From a virus, in IMG/VR virus record IMGVR_UViG_3300025162_000046, positions 9,816-73,815 of that record: a DNA stretch of 64,000 nt, one strand, 5' to 3'. The position numbers were made by a program, and so were the translations under genes. Numbering within the stretch: position 1 is the first letter of the stretch; each line of letters starts with the position of its first letter. Below, in pieces: positions 27,628-38,450 of this stretch. The notes under the pieces are model-generated. The model worked only from the letters and a program-made list of their open reading frames with translations. It was not told the origin of the DNA and ran no database searches.

Positions 27628-28055
27628 TGTCATCAATCATACAACGCAACATACAACAACTCGGACAAAAATTCCTCAAGAATAACAATTACTTGGACAT
27701 AGATTATCGTGGGTTTGTCAGTGAGTCTCATGATCCAACAATAGAATCAGGCCAAGTATTAATCAATGATCTTAAAATTTGGATTCAATCTACTAAGGGC
27801 GATTATTATCGGCGGTTTTCGATGGGTGGATTCTTCGACACTATTCAACAATACCCGCTTAATAATGAGGGAGCGATTTCTCTTTCTAGCGCGCTTAAAT
27901 CAGCCATCTCCGCTAATTTTTCAACCATTACAATTTTAACTCTTCAAGTAACCCCTAATTATCAAAATCGCGCCTGGGTGTTACAACTAGTAGTTAGGGA
28001 TAACATCACGGGAGCCATCGCTCCGGTTACAACTTCAGTTCAGTCGACTACCTAA
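27627..28055 (+). CDS. Baseplate wedge protein (gp25-like)
   Basis: 142 aa; LINDLKIWIQSTKGDYYRRFSMGG; position before the wedge gene. Confidence 0.6.
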   Translation: MSSIIQRNIQQLGQKFLKNNNYLDIDYRGFVSESHDPTIESGQVLINDLKIWIQSTKGDYYRRFSMGGFFDTIQQYPLNNEGAISLSSALKSAISANFSTITILTLQVTPNYQNRAWVLQLVVRDNITGAIAPVTTSVQSTT

Positions 28056-28159
28056 ACTATATTACTCTAATTTCCGGAAGTTCACTAATGGCACTAATTG
28101 TATATCAGGTGTATCATAAAGACCCCTTATATAATTAATGGGAACTTTTGGGGGATGGC

Positions 28160-30763
28160 ATGGCCAAGCGATTTGATTCAGAATCAATATTCAATAGATT
28201 GATGAGCCGAATGGAGGTTAATCTCAATTGGGCTATTCTATCTCAAAATGGTGTCATTGCCGCCATGATGGATGCTTTTGCAGATAGACTATCTGAAATT
28301 TCTCGTTATGCAGAGTACTTGTTAGCAGAAAAAAAGTGGACTACGGCTCAGAACATCTCATCTCTCAATACCCAAGCTGGGCTAACCGGATACAAGTCTC
28401 ATAGAATGAGATCTGCAATATCTTACGTGATTGTTTCCCATACGGATCAAAATGGCACCAATCGACTAGCTAATTATGGCCGCACGTTTTTTAATTTAAG
28501 TGATAGGTCGAATTTTGACAATATTACAGAGGACCCCGACCCCCAAAGCCTTCTCCGATCCCAAGCTTTAGTTCCTTGGACATATGATACTCCTTACATA
28601 ATTCCGCGAGGCACCCGCTTTATCTCTTCTAATGGTGTGGAGTTTATCTCTATTCAAGCATTAGCATCTCGAACTTTAAAAGAGCCATATGATGTTATTG
28701 TAAATAGTTCTTCTCGTTACTCCGCCTTTCTTAATGCCGGGGGGTGGGAAGGTATTAAATATCTCAAGATCCCTGTGATCCAAGGTAAAGTTAAAACTTC
28801 AACCTTGGGTACTGCGGCAGGCACCCGATTCGAGTCGATGATACTTTCTCTCACTAACTGCGAAGATGCCTCAAACAATATTTCGAAGGATTTTTTAGTA
28901 GTAAAAGTAAATCCAACCCCCCTCTCGCCAGAAAATGCTCAACAATGGATTCAAATTCCCAATATTTTGCTTGCTGGCCCTCTTGACAAAGTTTTTGAAG
29001 TTACGAATATGCCAAATTACTCGGGTGTAATTTTTAAATTTGGGGATGGAATCACGGGCCAGAAATTAAGTGCTAACTCTACCGTCACAGTATCTTATCT
29101 TGAAACTGCCGGCGCTGCGGGGAATATAGATAAAAAATATCAAGTGACTTCGATAGCATTTCCTATAGGGACTCAAATGATAGATCCGCGAACAAATACG
29201 GTATCTAATTTTCTTAGCGTAACAAACGAAGCTTCTATTCTCGGGGGCAGAGACCCTGACTCACAAGAGGATATTCGAACCAACGCTCCGCTAGACTACT
29301 TAGAATACTACGCGATAGCAACAACGGCTGCATACGAAAAGCAAATTTTACAATACGCTCAAATTGGTCTGGACAAAGTAAAAGTATTTGCGGGAAATGC
29401 CACAAATCTCCTAACTTTGATTGGGGACATTGCAGGATCTAATAGAGGCCCTCTTGTGACCGGGGTTTCTCAATCTGTTTTATATGTTACGGCTATTTCT
29501 TCAACGGGAGAAGTTATTGAAAACGCGCAAGACGCGTTTGTAACCCCAGTAACTCAAGCCATTGGAAACCTAAAAGCCCCATCTGATACTTTAGTGTATG
29601 TAGACCCTTCTCTCATTCAATTAAGATTAAATACTACGGTTTACTCGGACGCCACCAATCGATCAGATCAAGATGTTATTAACGCAGAGTCTGCTGCGCT
29701 GCAAGCGGCATATTCCATTTTTAATGTGGATTTCAACACCCCATTTTATAATTCCGAATATGTAGCATTAACCCAGTCATTCCCATTTGTTAAGTTCACA
29801 GACACATTTATAGAGGCCATAGCTGATACCCCGTTGGCCCTCGATAATATTACTTTTCCTCTCGCATCACTATCCTCTCTAGGAAATAACACGCCGCCTG
29901 GCGGGGATACGGCATACCCTATTCTATATAAAATAGGGTTCACCTTTAATCCTATTTTTGGGAGCAATTCTTATGCATTAGGTTTTGCAAATTATAAGCA
30001 AAATTCACCATATTTGTTGCGTATTGATTTACAGTTTATCAATAATCCGATTGCCGCGGCATCATTAAATAGAACTTTCTTTTTATTTGATGATCGCGCA
30101 TTGTATAATCCAACATATTTAGGGGCCCCTTTACAAGATGCTATTTCAATTAATGACGCTAAGTATCTTAATCTAGATGGTAGCCCCGTAATTACTAATG
30201 GAGCCGTATATTCAGATTGGGTAAGGCCCGAGGAAACCTTTGAGAATTATAATCGCGCGGCGAGGGTTGCTCAATACTCATATATTTCCAATATTACAGA
30301 CGTTTCCTTTATGGCGGGTTCTCGAGATTTTACCAAAGGTCCTTTCGAAATTCGCCCGTATTATGTAGATAATACCGGGAGCAACACAATATTCACTGCG
30401 GCAGATGTTACTTGGCCCGCGGGAACGCTCGACCCACGAGTTATGCTTCCTGGTGATGTCCAGTGTTATAGAAAAGACTGGAGATATATTGATTATTTAG
30501 ATATAAATTTTTTAGAGAATTACGACATGGCGAGTTCAGATATATTTGCCACGGGGTCTTTGGTAATTCCTGGAAATTATTTTGGATTTTCTAGCGCAGT
30601 TACCGAAAATAAAGAACAGTTTGTCGGCGCACTTAATAATTTTGTTTCTATAAAAGCGTATGCTCGTCCGTTACTTACGGATCTCGAACCACAAAATTGG
30701 AATGAGATTATTTTTGTTTCTAATGAAGATATTAAAGTAGAACGTTTAAAAACGGCGATATAA
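28160..30763 (+). CDS. Baseplate wedge protein (T4 gp6/baseplate J-like)
   Basis: TTAQNISSL, IPRGTRF, IFKFGDGITG, YLETAGAAGN, GGRDPDSQEDIRTNAP. Confidence 0.8.
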   Translation: MAKRFDSESIFNRLMSRMEVNLNWAILSQNGVIAAMMDAFADRLSEISRYAEYLLAEKKWTTAQNISSLNTQAGLTGYKSHRMRSAISYVIVSHTDQNGTNRLANYGRTFFNLSDRSNFDNITEDPDPQSLLRSQALVPWTYDTPYIIPRGTRFISSNGVEFISIQALASRTLKEPYDVIVNSSSRYSAFLNAGGWEGIKYLKIPVIQGKVKTSTLGTAAGTRFESMILSLTNCEDASNNISKDFLVVKVNPTPLSPENAQQWIQIPNILLAGPLDKVFEVTNMPNYSGVIFKFGDGITGQKLSANSTVTVSYLETAGAAGNIDKKYQVTSIAFPIGTQMIDPRTNTVSNFLSVTNEASILGGRDPDSQEDIRTNAPLDYLEYYAIATTAAYEKQILQYAQIGLDKVKVFAGNATNLLTLIGDIAGSNRGPLVTGVSQSVLYVTAISSTGEVIENAQDAFVTPVTQAIGNLKAPSDTLVYVDPSLIQLRLNTTVYSDATNRSDQDVINAESAALQAAYSIFNVDFNTPFYNSEYVALTQSFPFVKFTDTFIEAIADTPLALDNITFPLASLSSLGNNTPPGGDTAYPILYKIGFTFNPIFGSNSYALGFANYKQNSPYLLRIDLQFINNPIAAASLNRTFFLFDDRALYNPTYLGAPLQDAISINDAKYLNLDGSPVITNGAVYSDWVRPEETFENYNRAARVAQYSYISNITDVSFMAGSRDFTKGPFEIRPYYVDNTGSNTIFTAADVTWPAGTLDPRVMLPGDVQCYRKDWRYIDYLDINFLENYDMASSDIFATGSLVIPGNYFGFSSAVTENKEQFVGALNNFVSIKAYARPLLTDLEPQNWNEIIFVSNEDIKVERLKTAI

Positions 30764-30777
30764 GAAAGAGGTAAGGG

Positions 30778-33700
30778 ATGTCGGATATTATATCAGTCAT
30801 GGGTGCTAGCGCGGCCTACACTTCAGACACAGAATTTACTCTCGTAAAAAGGGTACAATTAACTAATGAAGTACCTTCCTCATCTTTAGCCGCACTATTA
30901 CCCACAGGACTACGAAATGATTTTTGGAAATATTTTGTAGGATCAACTAAAACAGAGCACGAAATACCCACCATCTCCACAGGGGGTACCATTGATACTC
31001 AAGTTATGAAAATAGTCAATGGGGTAGTTTCCTCAGATTATGGCCCCCCGGCAATTGCTGGCACTACTTATTCTTCTTTAGATATTGAAGGAGTAATTCA
31101 ACCTGAATTAGACCTTTTTCTTCATGAGTTATATCGGTATCTAGATCATTTATATCCGGATCATCCCGATTACTCACTCTTGCTTACCCCCATAGAACTT
31201 AACGATGCTTTTTTCGCCGCCGCTGCAATTATTGGGTATACCCCTGATTACCGATTTCTAGGAATTTGGTCTCAATCTATTACTGGAGCCACCCTTACTC
31301 AAGAGGAACTGAAATGGAAGATTCGAGATCTTCGATCCGCGGCGTATCGACGTAAATTCAATGGATCCTACAGTGGATATAAAAGTATTTTTTCTTCTAT
31401 GTATCGCCACGGGTCTGTGTATGCTACGGGCACGTATATCCCGAAAACAATTATTAATTCTCTTGATGTTACCAGTAAGAACTTTTTTAGAATGTTCAGG
31501 CTTATTGATTTTTTAGGCGTCAACGATTCCATTTACAAGGAATCAACAGAGGCCGCTTTTAACGGAATTATAGACCCTTCTGATCTATATTCCATTTATG
31601 AAATTACTCCTCAGTTATTATCTAATGACATATCCGTTCTCTCTAAAATTTCTTTTGGGGCCTTCATTGCTGACACGGATCAGATACTAATTCCTACCGC
31701 TTCTGCGGGGATTACGGTGCAATCTAAATCGACAGTCCCTTATTATTATGATTCTAATTATATTTTACATCGAATTGGGCTATCAGGTCGCGGCTTAGCA
31801 AGTTCCCGCAAGTACACTATCACTCATAGAGGGGTGAGACAAACAGACCAAATCACTCTTTCTCCTCGGCCTTTTGGTATTTTAGGCTCCTTTTCTTTAC
31901 CAGCATCCGTAGCGCTAAAGATGTATCCTAAGGATACTTTAGCGATGACGCCCATCGCAGCAATATCTTTTGGCGAAGATACTCTTATTATTGATGATCT
32001 CATTCAAGATTCCTATGTTACAACAACAGGTTATAGTCAAGCAGATGTTGCGAGAATCATAGAAACCGCTCCTGGTGTAATTACGATTTTTACTAATCCG
32101 GCATCGGCACCAATTATTACTCAGCCGCCAGCAACAGATATATTATCCTTTGGGTTTAATATTCAAATCACTCAATATATAAATACAGAAATTACTCATT
32201 CTTATGTATTTCTTGAAGGCTTAGTTACCTACGTTCTTGGGACAGGCACGGCTCTTTCCAGCGCTTCGCTCAAAATTCTTTGCGTACCAGAGATCAATCC
32301 AATTACGGGGGAAACAAACAATCGTGATCTTTTTATAAATGCCGTAGGATACCCCACAATTGCTGTGGGCAATTATGTGGACATTTGTGCGTATAACATA
32401 ATAACTTCTACCTGGGATGTTATTTCTAATACATATGGATGGATCGATTCTATTGATTATGGGAGTGTAATAACTAATGAAATGACGCGTTTCGGGGTTA
32501 CCTTAGGATCCCCAGCAACTTTTACCCCGGATGATTTTTTGCCTTGGGAGCAAAGAGCTTCTTCTTCTTTTGTTGCGAGCACCAATTCTTTTGTCAACGG
32601 CACAATTCCAGGAACTATTTTATCTGACTCGCCAACTGAGATCGCTGTGTTCGAAGGGAATTCGGAATCCTTGAGAGCAGAGTCTTTAACGGCTGGAGAT
32701 TCTATTTATGGCCCTGGGTTACAAGTTGGCACTATCGTTGTAAGCTCCACCGCTCGCTCGATTATAATTTCACCCGCCGCAATTCAATTCGGATCTTTTA
32801 CTTATACTGTTACTATGAAGCATAATACAGGTGCGATTTCTTCACCAAAAATCTTTGATTTTAAAAAAGATTTATTCACCCAGTACCCAACACTAACTTC
32901 TTCTGCGTTTGATTTTCTCTGGCCCTCATCAACTTGGCCAGAAGTTAGCCAAGGGTATCTTGAAGGCGTGATAGACACATCCCTATACTCATATCCCGCT
33001 GGCCTCCCCTCTGGTATTACTTTACCGGCTAATGTATATATAGATCGCAATGTAGTCCTTGATTTATCTCTCGATAGACCCTTGTATCATCCAAATACCT
33101 TAGGATTAACAGGAGGTGCAGGCCAATACCTCTGTTTATGTGACACCCCCTGGTTAGACTATTTGGAATTTTTTGCTAATCAATCCAAGAGAGCAACAGA
33201 GCAAGTATATGTCGGCGCGCAGATCAATCTTACAACAGATACTTCTGGATTATATACTATCATTCCTGGCATGAGTTATACGGATCCCGCAATTCAAGCC
33301 AAATTCACAATAATACCCCAGAATTATAATCCTAACCCCCAACCAGCATATATTCAGTTAGGGGTCGGCGGCGAATTGAAATCGCAATTATTTGTATCAA
33401 TTGATTCTTTAATTCGTCCTTCTATTTTCGGGTCTGCTTTTTACGATCAATCAGGAAGAGATGAAACGGTGGGAGAAACTCGCCGAAGCACGTATTTCTC
33501 TAAAGGAAGTAATGTAGCTTCTGGCTTTGCAAATATTGCTACTAGTTTACAACTGGAAGCCCCTGTTTTTGAAACGCCAGTTGGAGAATATGAAAATATA
33601 AGTGGCCCAGCAGCAACCGATAGCCAAGGATTTGCGACATATACAAGCGGTCTAACAGACCCTGATAATCCTACTAATTCCTATCACGTTATTCATTCGA

Positions 33701-36700
33701 TAGTGTATCCTCAGCGTTTTCAGGATATTTCAATAAATCTAGGATCGGGGAGTTCCTTAATTATCAATCCACCGGCCATGATAGAGCTTCAGCGCTTACC
33801 AGCCCCCTGGGCCTATCGAGGTAATTGGTCCCCCACACCTGCACCAACCTCCATAGAAACCCAACCCATAACTTTAGTACCAAATTGGCCATCCGGAACT
33901 ACCTATGCTAATAAAAATTATTTTATTATACAAGAGACAGCGACTATTGGGGCCCTCTCTTTCATAAAAGGGGACTGGATTGTATGGGACGGAGCTCAAT
34001 GGGTAAATAAAATATGGTCATTGCAGGGATCCTTAAAAATCGATCATTCTGGAAATATATCTCTCCCAGATATCTCTGCTCTCAGCACTCTTGCTGGCAT
34101 CTTTCCTTATTATATTGTTATAGAAGAAGGGCGCATCCTCGAACTCGGAGATGTACATATAGGAGATTGGGTAATTGCTGCCGAAGGAACTCCTTCAAAC
34201 CCCACGTGGATATTGTCCACAGGACAAAGTTATGATGCTCTGCGCAATACAGTTTATTCAGATACATTATCTGCTTCAGATTATTCTGAAATTACTCAGA
34301 ATATTATAAAAATTCTTGGCGATACCGTTTTTAAGTATCAACTTCCTCGAAAATTTCTCGCTCCGGGTTCCTGCAACTTACGATTTCTAATTAAACCTAG
34401 TTATAATGCTATAGATAAATCCGGGGCATTTTATAATTTTACTGCGGCGGCCCTTCTCTATGATACTGCAGAAGAGTCTTTTTATGTGCAAGACACATCT
34501 TTAGATTCTTTATTGATTTATTTTCAGGAAGGATCAAGCATAGAAACTGATTTTTTTAATACGGTTAACTCCGACGGGACTCAAACACAATTTAATGTCA
34601 AGTCCTCTGTAGAACCTATTAAACATTATGTTCAGTTTCGTGAACCTCAATACTTTAAAAATCTCGGCACTGTGATTGGATCTGTTAGTGCAGAATTTCC
34701 AAAGCAGCTTTCTCTTATCTCAGGGTTTGATTTCCCAATTTCTCAGATTTCACCAACGGATATTATGATATCTGGGTCACAAATCAAACTTCGAAATAAT
34801 TATTCATCAGTATTCGAAAATACCTTTTTTACTCACTATGTTACTTTACAAGGTATGCTATCTACTTCTGACATCACGAATCATACTCTGGTCCCTGTAA
34901 CAGGAACAGGGACCGATTCTACCTTTCTTGCAGAATTTTCTTCAGCAGCATCACATCTTACAATAGGAGATCAAGTATTAATCACTGAGCCAGCGGTGGC
35001 TCGGCAATATGATGCAACATACGAAACACGCTATTATAAAAATTTACTTGCAATAGCGGGTACTGTTTCTCAAAGTGATCCTACTACGTTGCTTCCGATT
35101 GGAAACGGGTCTGAGGATCTAGCTTCTTTTGCAGCGGCGATGAATCTAATAAGCACAGGGGATAGTACTTATGGTATTTTTATTCTTGGCGGCTCCTCTT
35201 TTTCCACAGGAGCGCATCAATTGCCTTTTACCGGGGCACTCTCGGCTGCCTGCAATCGCAGCGCGCCCTTACTTTGGATTGTAGGCGGCGTAGGCGGTCA
35301 ATTAGCAAAATCTTCCGACGGGTCAACTTGGACTCCCATTTCTTTCTCGACCTGGGGGGTTGGAAATATTCGAAAAGTATATTTCACGATTACATCCTCA
35401 GGCATGGGCCAGTGGAGAATAGTTGGTGATAATGGTAAATGCGCCTGGTCTCAGGATAACGGAGTCAGCTGGTTTATGGATGCAATCCCCGGCTGGGGAA
35501 CCACTCGCATTAATGATATCAGTTACATGAATGATACGTGGGTAATCGTGGGAGATAGTGGGAAACTCGCTTATCTTAATGCGGAGCTCGCCGGCGCCAC
35601 AGTCTGGACTATTCCCAGCAGTTCGGGCTTCGGCGCAACTACGATCCGGACAGTATCAAGCGGCAATAATACTTGGATGACAGGTGGTGGGGATACTTCA
35701 GGCCCTGGAATTCTTTCTATATCTATGGATTCAGGTGTCACTTGGAATTCTGCCCCCATGAATAGTACCACCTGGGGAGATAATTATATTACCTCCATCC
35801 TGTGTAACAATGAAGCGGCTAACCGTACTTGGGTAGTGGCGGGGATAAACGGCAGGATCGCTTATTCTGTGGACGATGGTGTGAATTGGGCATCGTGCGC
35901 TGCGCTCCCCACCAATTGGAGCTCTGCAAATATAAATAATATTTCTTACGGATATGGAGTATGGACTATTGTTGGAGATCAGGGGCGAATAGCGACCTCA
36001 ATCGACGGCATAACCTGGGTAATGAGTACTGCCCCCTCAACATTAAGTACAACTAACTTGAGGGCGGCCGCCCACGGTGCTAGTTTAATAAATGGTATAG
36101 AAGACCTGATCGTGGGAGATTCTAATCTCATAGCATATTCCAGTAGCCTCAATTTATCACAAGGGTCCCGAACAGTTCAAGGAACTTTCTCGGGCAGCTC
36201 CTCTATTAGTTTTAATTCAGATATCGTATCCTGGGTCTCAGGGGATCCCTTGATAAAAACAGTGTTGATCACATTATATACTAAGTTATCCGTTGAGTGT
36301 GAGTTAATCGGAATACCTTTAACTCGAATTCCCCTATTTTCTTTAGGAGATCAGTTAGTATTGCCTGTGGCAGTTGTTACTTCTTCGTATTCTCAAGCCA
36401 ATAGGGTTTATTACCCCAGCACTGACCCCGCGGTTCACGTCGGATACCCAGCATATGCAGAAGACTCTTCTCTTTATTACACGGATTCTAATAATCAACC
36501 AATTCTTTATGTAAATTCAAATAATGATAAACTATATCTCTGTGATGTTGCCGGAAATTACGTAAATTCGGTTTACTCTACACTCCCTATTTCTTCTTTC
36601 ATGATGTATTCCACCAACTATGGGATTCAATTCAACGATACTCGCCAATTTTCCTATACGCCAAAATACCCCACTTATGCAGATTGGCTCGCGGGCAGTG

Positions 36701-38424
36701 GTCGATTAATTTTAAGACCCTCTGTAGCAATATCAAACATCATTATTTCGGTGTCCTCTTCATCCATTGTGTTTCGTGATGCACTCGCCCTCCCCTCAGG
36801 GAATAATATTCTTATATTGACTATCATGCCTACGGTCATCACCGGGACCGTCACTACGGCCTCCCTACCCGCTTACGAGTTTTCTTCAATACCCCCTCCT
36901 TCAGTTCCTTACGCGATCAATAATAACGCAACGGGTATTTATATTCCAGATGGAGGATATGGAACTTGGATAGGGTATAGTTCTATTACAGATTATCTTC
37001 CTTGGATTGAGGACACTGCGGCATTCCACACTAACCCGTTAGTGAATATGAACGGAACTCCTGTGTATCTTTGTAATGCCGACGGAACTTTTAGAACAAC
37101 CACTAGCGGAGACCTTATTCCAATGCAGGCCCCCGAATATTTTACTTTCCAAGAACTTATTACTAACCTTGGTCGAGAAATTGATGTAGGGGGGTGCAAA
37201 GGAAAATGGACGCCAATCGCTACAGGATCTCCAGCAGTCCCCGTTTATCCTGACTCCGCGGAGCTCTCAATTAATGATTATTTTCTTATTACACAAACAG
37301 TCGCCATTAGTACCTTTACTTTCACTCAAGGAGATTGGTTAGTTTGGGATGGAGCACAATGGACTGACGCCCCCCCAACAAACCCTGTTGTAACTAAAGT
37401 AGATATAGCCAACAATACTATTTATTTTTCTAAATCTCTTTCCTCTACTTCAAAATATCTTCGTCTCCATATGCTCACAATTGCTTCCTTTGAACCTATG
37501 ACAACAGATCTCAATAGCCCTCTTAGAATTTATAGCCTATTACAAACGCAGTTAAACAAGTATACTCCAGATAGGGTGTATTACGCAACAAGCGCCTACC
37601 CCCCATATAGTTCCCGTCCTGATTTATATCTCAATAATGCGTTCATTAATTCAAATGATGCGGTAGTGTATTATTGTGACGCGAACGGCAATTACGTAGA
37701 TGAAACTCTCACAACAAATACAGCGAGCCCAACTAGCCGATATCAGCCCCCAATGCCTAAGTACAAATTTTGTCAAGATTGGTATAAGGAAGAACAATAT
37801 TTAGAGGGGCAGGAAAATAATCCATACTGGCAATTTATAATAATTAAAGATGTTTTTGATTCTGATTCTAATACCTGGTCTCAAAAAGCAACCGTAAATC
37901 GCAAAAACAAAAGTGCCACGGGAACTCAGCTAGTATTCCAGGAAATTACCGATGGGTCTAACTACTTAACAGTACAAAAAGGATTGGAACATACTTCAAC
38001 ATTCACCTCTTTTTCTGTAAGCGCCGCTCCATATATTGATTATATCAAGGGTATCATTACTCTATTGATCGTGGTGAACCCTACATATTCCCGGCCGGCA
38101 GCAGAAATAGAAACGGACTTCGAGCAATATGGTATTAAATTCATCTCAAATATAGAAATGACTAATATTTCTTCAACAACAGAAATCATTCATTCTTTAA
38201 TTAATAGTACGCTCACCACAGATTATCAGGTTAACACCACCCAAAATTTTGCGAATGCACAAGATAAAAAAAGTTCAATTGTAGCTATTACTGAAATGGG
38301 GGTCTTCAATACCGATGACACTATGATCGCCTACGCCACCTTCCCTCCAATTATCTACAATAGCGCGAAACACCACCTTTCGTTGAACTTGTTTATTAAA
38401 CAAGGGCAGTTCTCATCAGTATAG
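30778..38424 (+). CDS. Very large baseplate/tail fibre protein (2548 aa) with Asp-box beta-propeller
   Basis: N-terminal gpI-like RRKFNGS; GDW(I/L)VWDGAQW repeats; multiple SxDGxxW Asp-boxes; C-terminal ITEMGVFNTDDTMIAYATFPP. Confidence 0.75.
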   Translation: MSDIISVMGASAAYTSDTEFTLVKRVQLTNEVPSSSLAALLPTGLRNDFWKYFVGSTKTEHEIPTISTGGTIDTQVMKIVNGVVSSDYGPPAIAGTTYSSLDIEGVIQPELDLFLHELYRYLDHLYPDHPDYSLLLTPIELNDAFFAAAAIIGYTPDYRFLGIWSQSITGATLTQEELKWKIRDLRSAAYRRKFNGSYSGYKSIFSSMYRHGSVYATGTYIPKTIINSLDVTSKNFFRMFRLIDFLGVNDSIYKESTEAAFNGIIDPSDLYSIYEITPQLLSNDISVLSKISFGAFIADTDQILIPTASAGITVQSKSTVPYYYDSNYILHRIGLSGRGLASSRKYTITHRGVRQTDQITLSPRPFGILGSFSLPASVALKMYPKDTLAMTPIAAISFGEDTLIIDDLIQDSYVTTTGYSQADVARIIETAPGVITIFTNPASAPIITQPPATDILSFGFNIQITQYINTEITHSYVFLEGLVTYVLGTGTALSSASLKILCVPEINPITGETNNRDLFINAVGYPTIAVGNYVDICAYNIITSTWDVISNTYGWIDSIDYGSVITNEMTRFGVTLGSPATFTPDDFLPWEQRASSSFVASTNSFVNGTIPGTILSDSPTEIAVFEGNSESLRAESLTAGDSIYGPGLQVGTIVVSSTARSIIISPAAIQFGSFTYTVTMKHNTGAISSPKIFDFKKDLFTQYPTLTSSAFDFLWPSSTWPEVSQGYLEGVIDTSLYSYPAGLPSGITLPANVYIDRNVVLDLSLDRPLYHPNTLGLTGGAGQYLCLCDTPWLDYLEFFANQSKRATEQVYVGAQINLTTDTSGLYTIIPGMSYTDPAIQAKFTIIPQNYNPNPQPAYIQLGVGGELKSQLFVSIDSLIRPSIFGSAFYDQSGRDETVGETRRSTYFSKGSNVASGFANIATSLQLEAPVFETPVGEYENISGPAATDSQGFATYTSGLTDPDNPTNSYHVIHSIVYPQRFQDISINLGSGSSLIINPPAMIELQRLPAPWAYRGNWSPTPAPTSIETQPITLVPNWPSGTTYANKNYFIIQETATIGALSFIKGDWIVWDGAQWVNKIWSLQGSLKIDHSGNISLPDISALSTLAGIFPYYIVIEEGRILELGDVHIGDWVIAAEGTPSNPTWILSTGQSYDALRNTVYSDTLSASDYSEITQNIIKILGDTVFKYQLPRKFLAPGSCNLRFLIKPSYNAIDKSGAFYNFTAAALLYDTAEESFYVQDTSLDSLLIYFQEGSSIETDFFNTVNSDGTQTQFNVKSSVEPIKHYVQFREPQYFKNLGTVIGSVSAEFPKQLSLISGFDFPISQISPTDIMISGSQIKLRNNYSSVFENTFFTHYVTLQGMLSTSDITNHTLVPVTGTGTDSTFLAEFSSAASHLTIGDQVLITEPAVARQYDATYETRYYKNLLAIAGTVSQSDPTTLLPIGNGSEDLASFAAAMNLISTGDSTYGIFILGGSSFSTGAHQLPFTGALSAACNRSAPLLWIVGGVGGQLAKSSDGSTWTPISFSTWGVGNIRKVYFTITSSGMGQWRIVGDNGKCAWSQDNGVSWFMDAIPGWGTTRINDISYMNDTWVIVGDSGKLAYLNAELAGATVWTIPSSSGFGATTIRTVSSGNNTWMTGGGDTSGPGILSISMDSGVTWNSAPMNSTTWGDNYITSILCNNEAANRTWVVAGINGRIAYSVDDGVNWASCAALPTNWSSANINNISYGYGVWTIVGDQGRIATSIDGITWVMSTAPSTLSTTNLRAAAHGASLINGIEDLIVGDSNLIAYSSSLNLSQGSRTVQGTFSGSSSISFNSDIVSWVSGDPLIKTVLITLYTKLSVECELIGIPLTRIPLFSLGDQLVLPVAVVTSSYSQANRVYYPSTDPAVHVGYPAYAEDSSLYYTDSNNQPILYVNSNNDKLYLCDVAGNYVNSVYSTLPISSFMMYSTNYGIQFNDTRQFSYTPKYPTYADWLAGSGRLILRPSVAISNIIISVSSSSIVFRDALALPSGNNILILTIMPTVITGTVTTASLPAYEFSSIPPPSVPYAINNNATGIYIPDGGYGTWIGYSSITDYLPWIEDTAAFHTNPLVNMNGTPVYLCNADGTFRTTTSGDLIPMQAPEYFTFQELITNLGREIDVGGCKGKWTPIATGSPAVPVYPDSAELSINDYFLITQTVAISTFTFTQGDWLVWDGAQWTDAPPTNPVVTKVDIANNTIYFSKSLSSTSKYLRLHMLTIASFEPMTTDLNSPLRIYSLLQTQLNKYTPDRVYYATSAYPPYSSRPDLYLNNAFINSNDAVVYYCDANGNYVDETLTTNTASPTSRYQPPMPKYKFCQDWYKEEQYLEGQENNPYWQFIIIKDVFDSDSNTWSQKATVNRKNKSATGTQLVFQEITDGSNYLTVQKGLEHTSTFTSFSVSAAPYIDYIKGIITLLIVVNPTYSRPAAEIETDFEQYGIKFISNIEMTNISSTTEIIHSLINSTLTTDYQVNTTQNFANAQDKKSSIVAITEMGVFNTDDTMIAYATFPPIIYNSAKHHLSLNLFIKQGQFSSV

Positions 38425-38450
38425 AGACTAATTAGAAAGGAGACTTCCGC

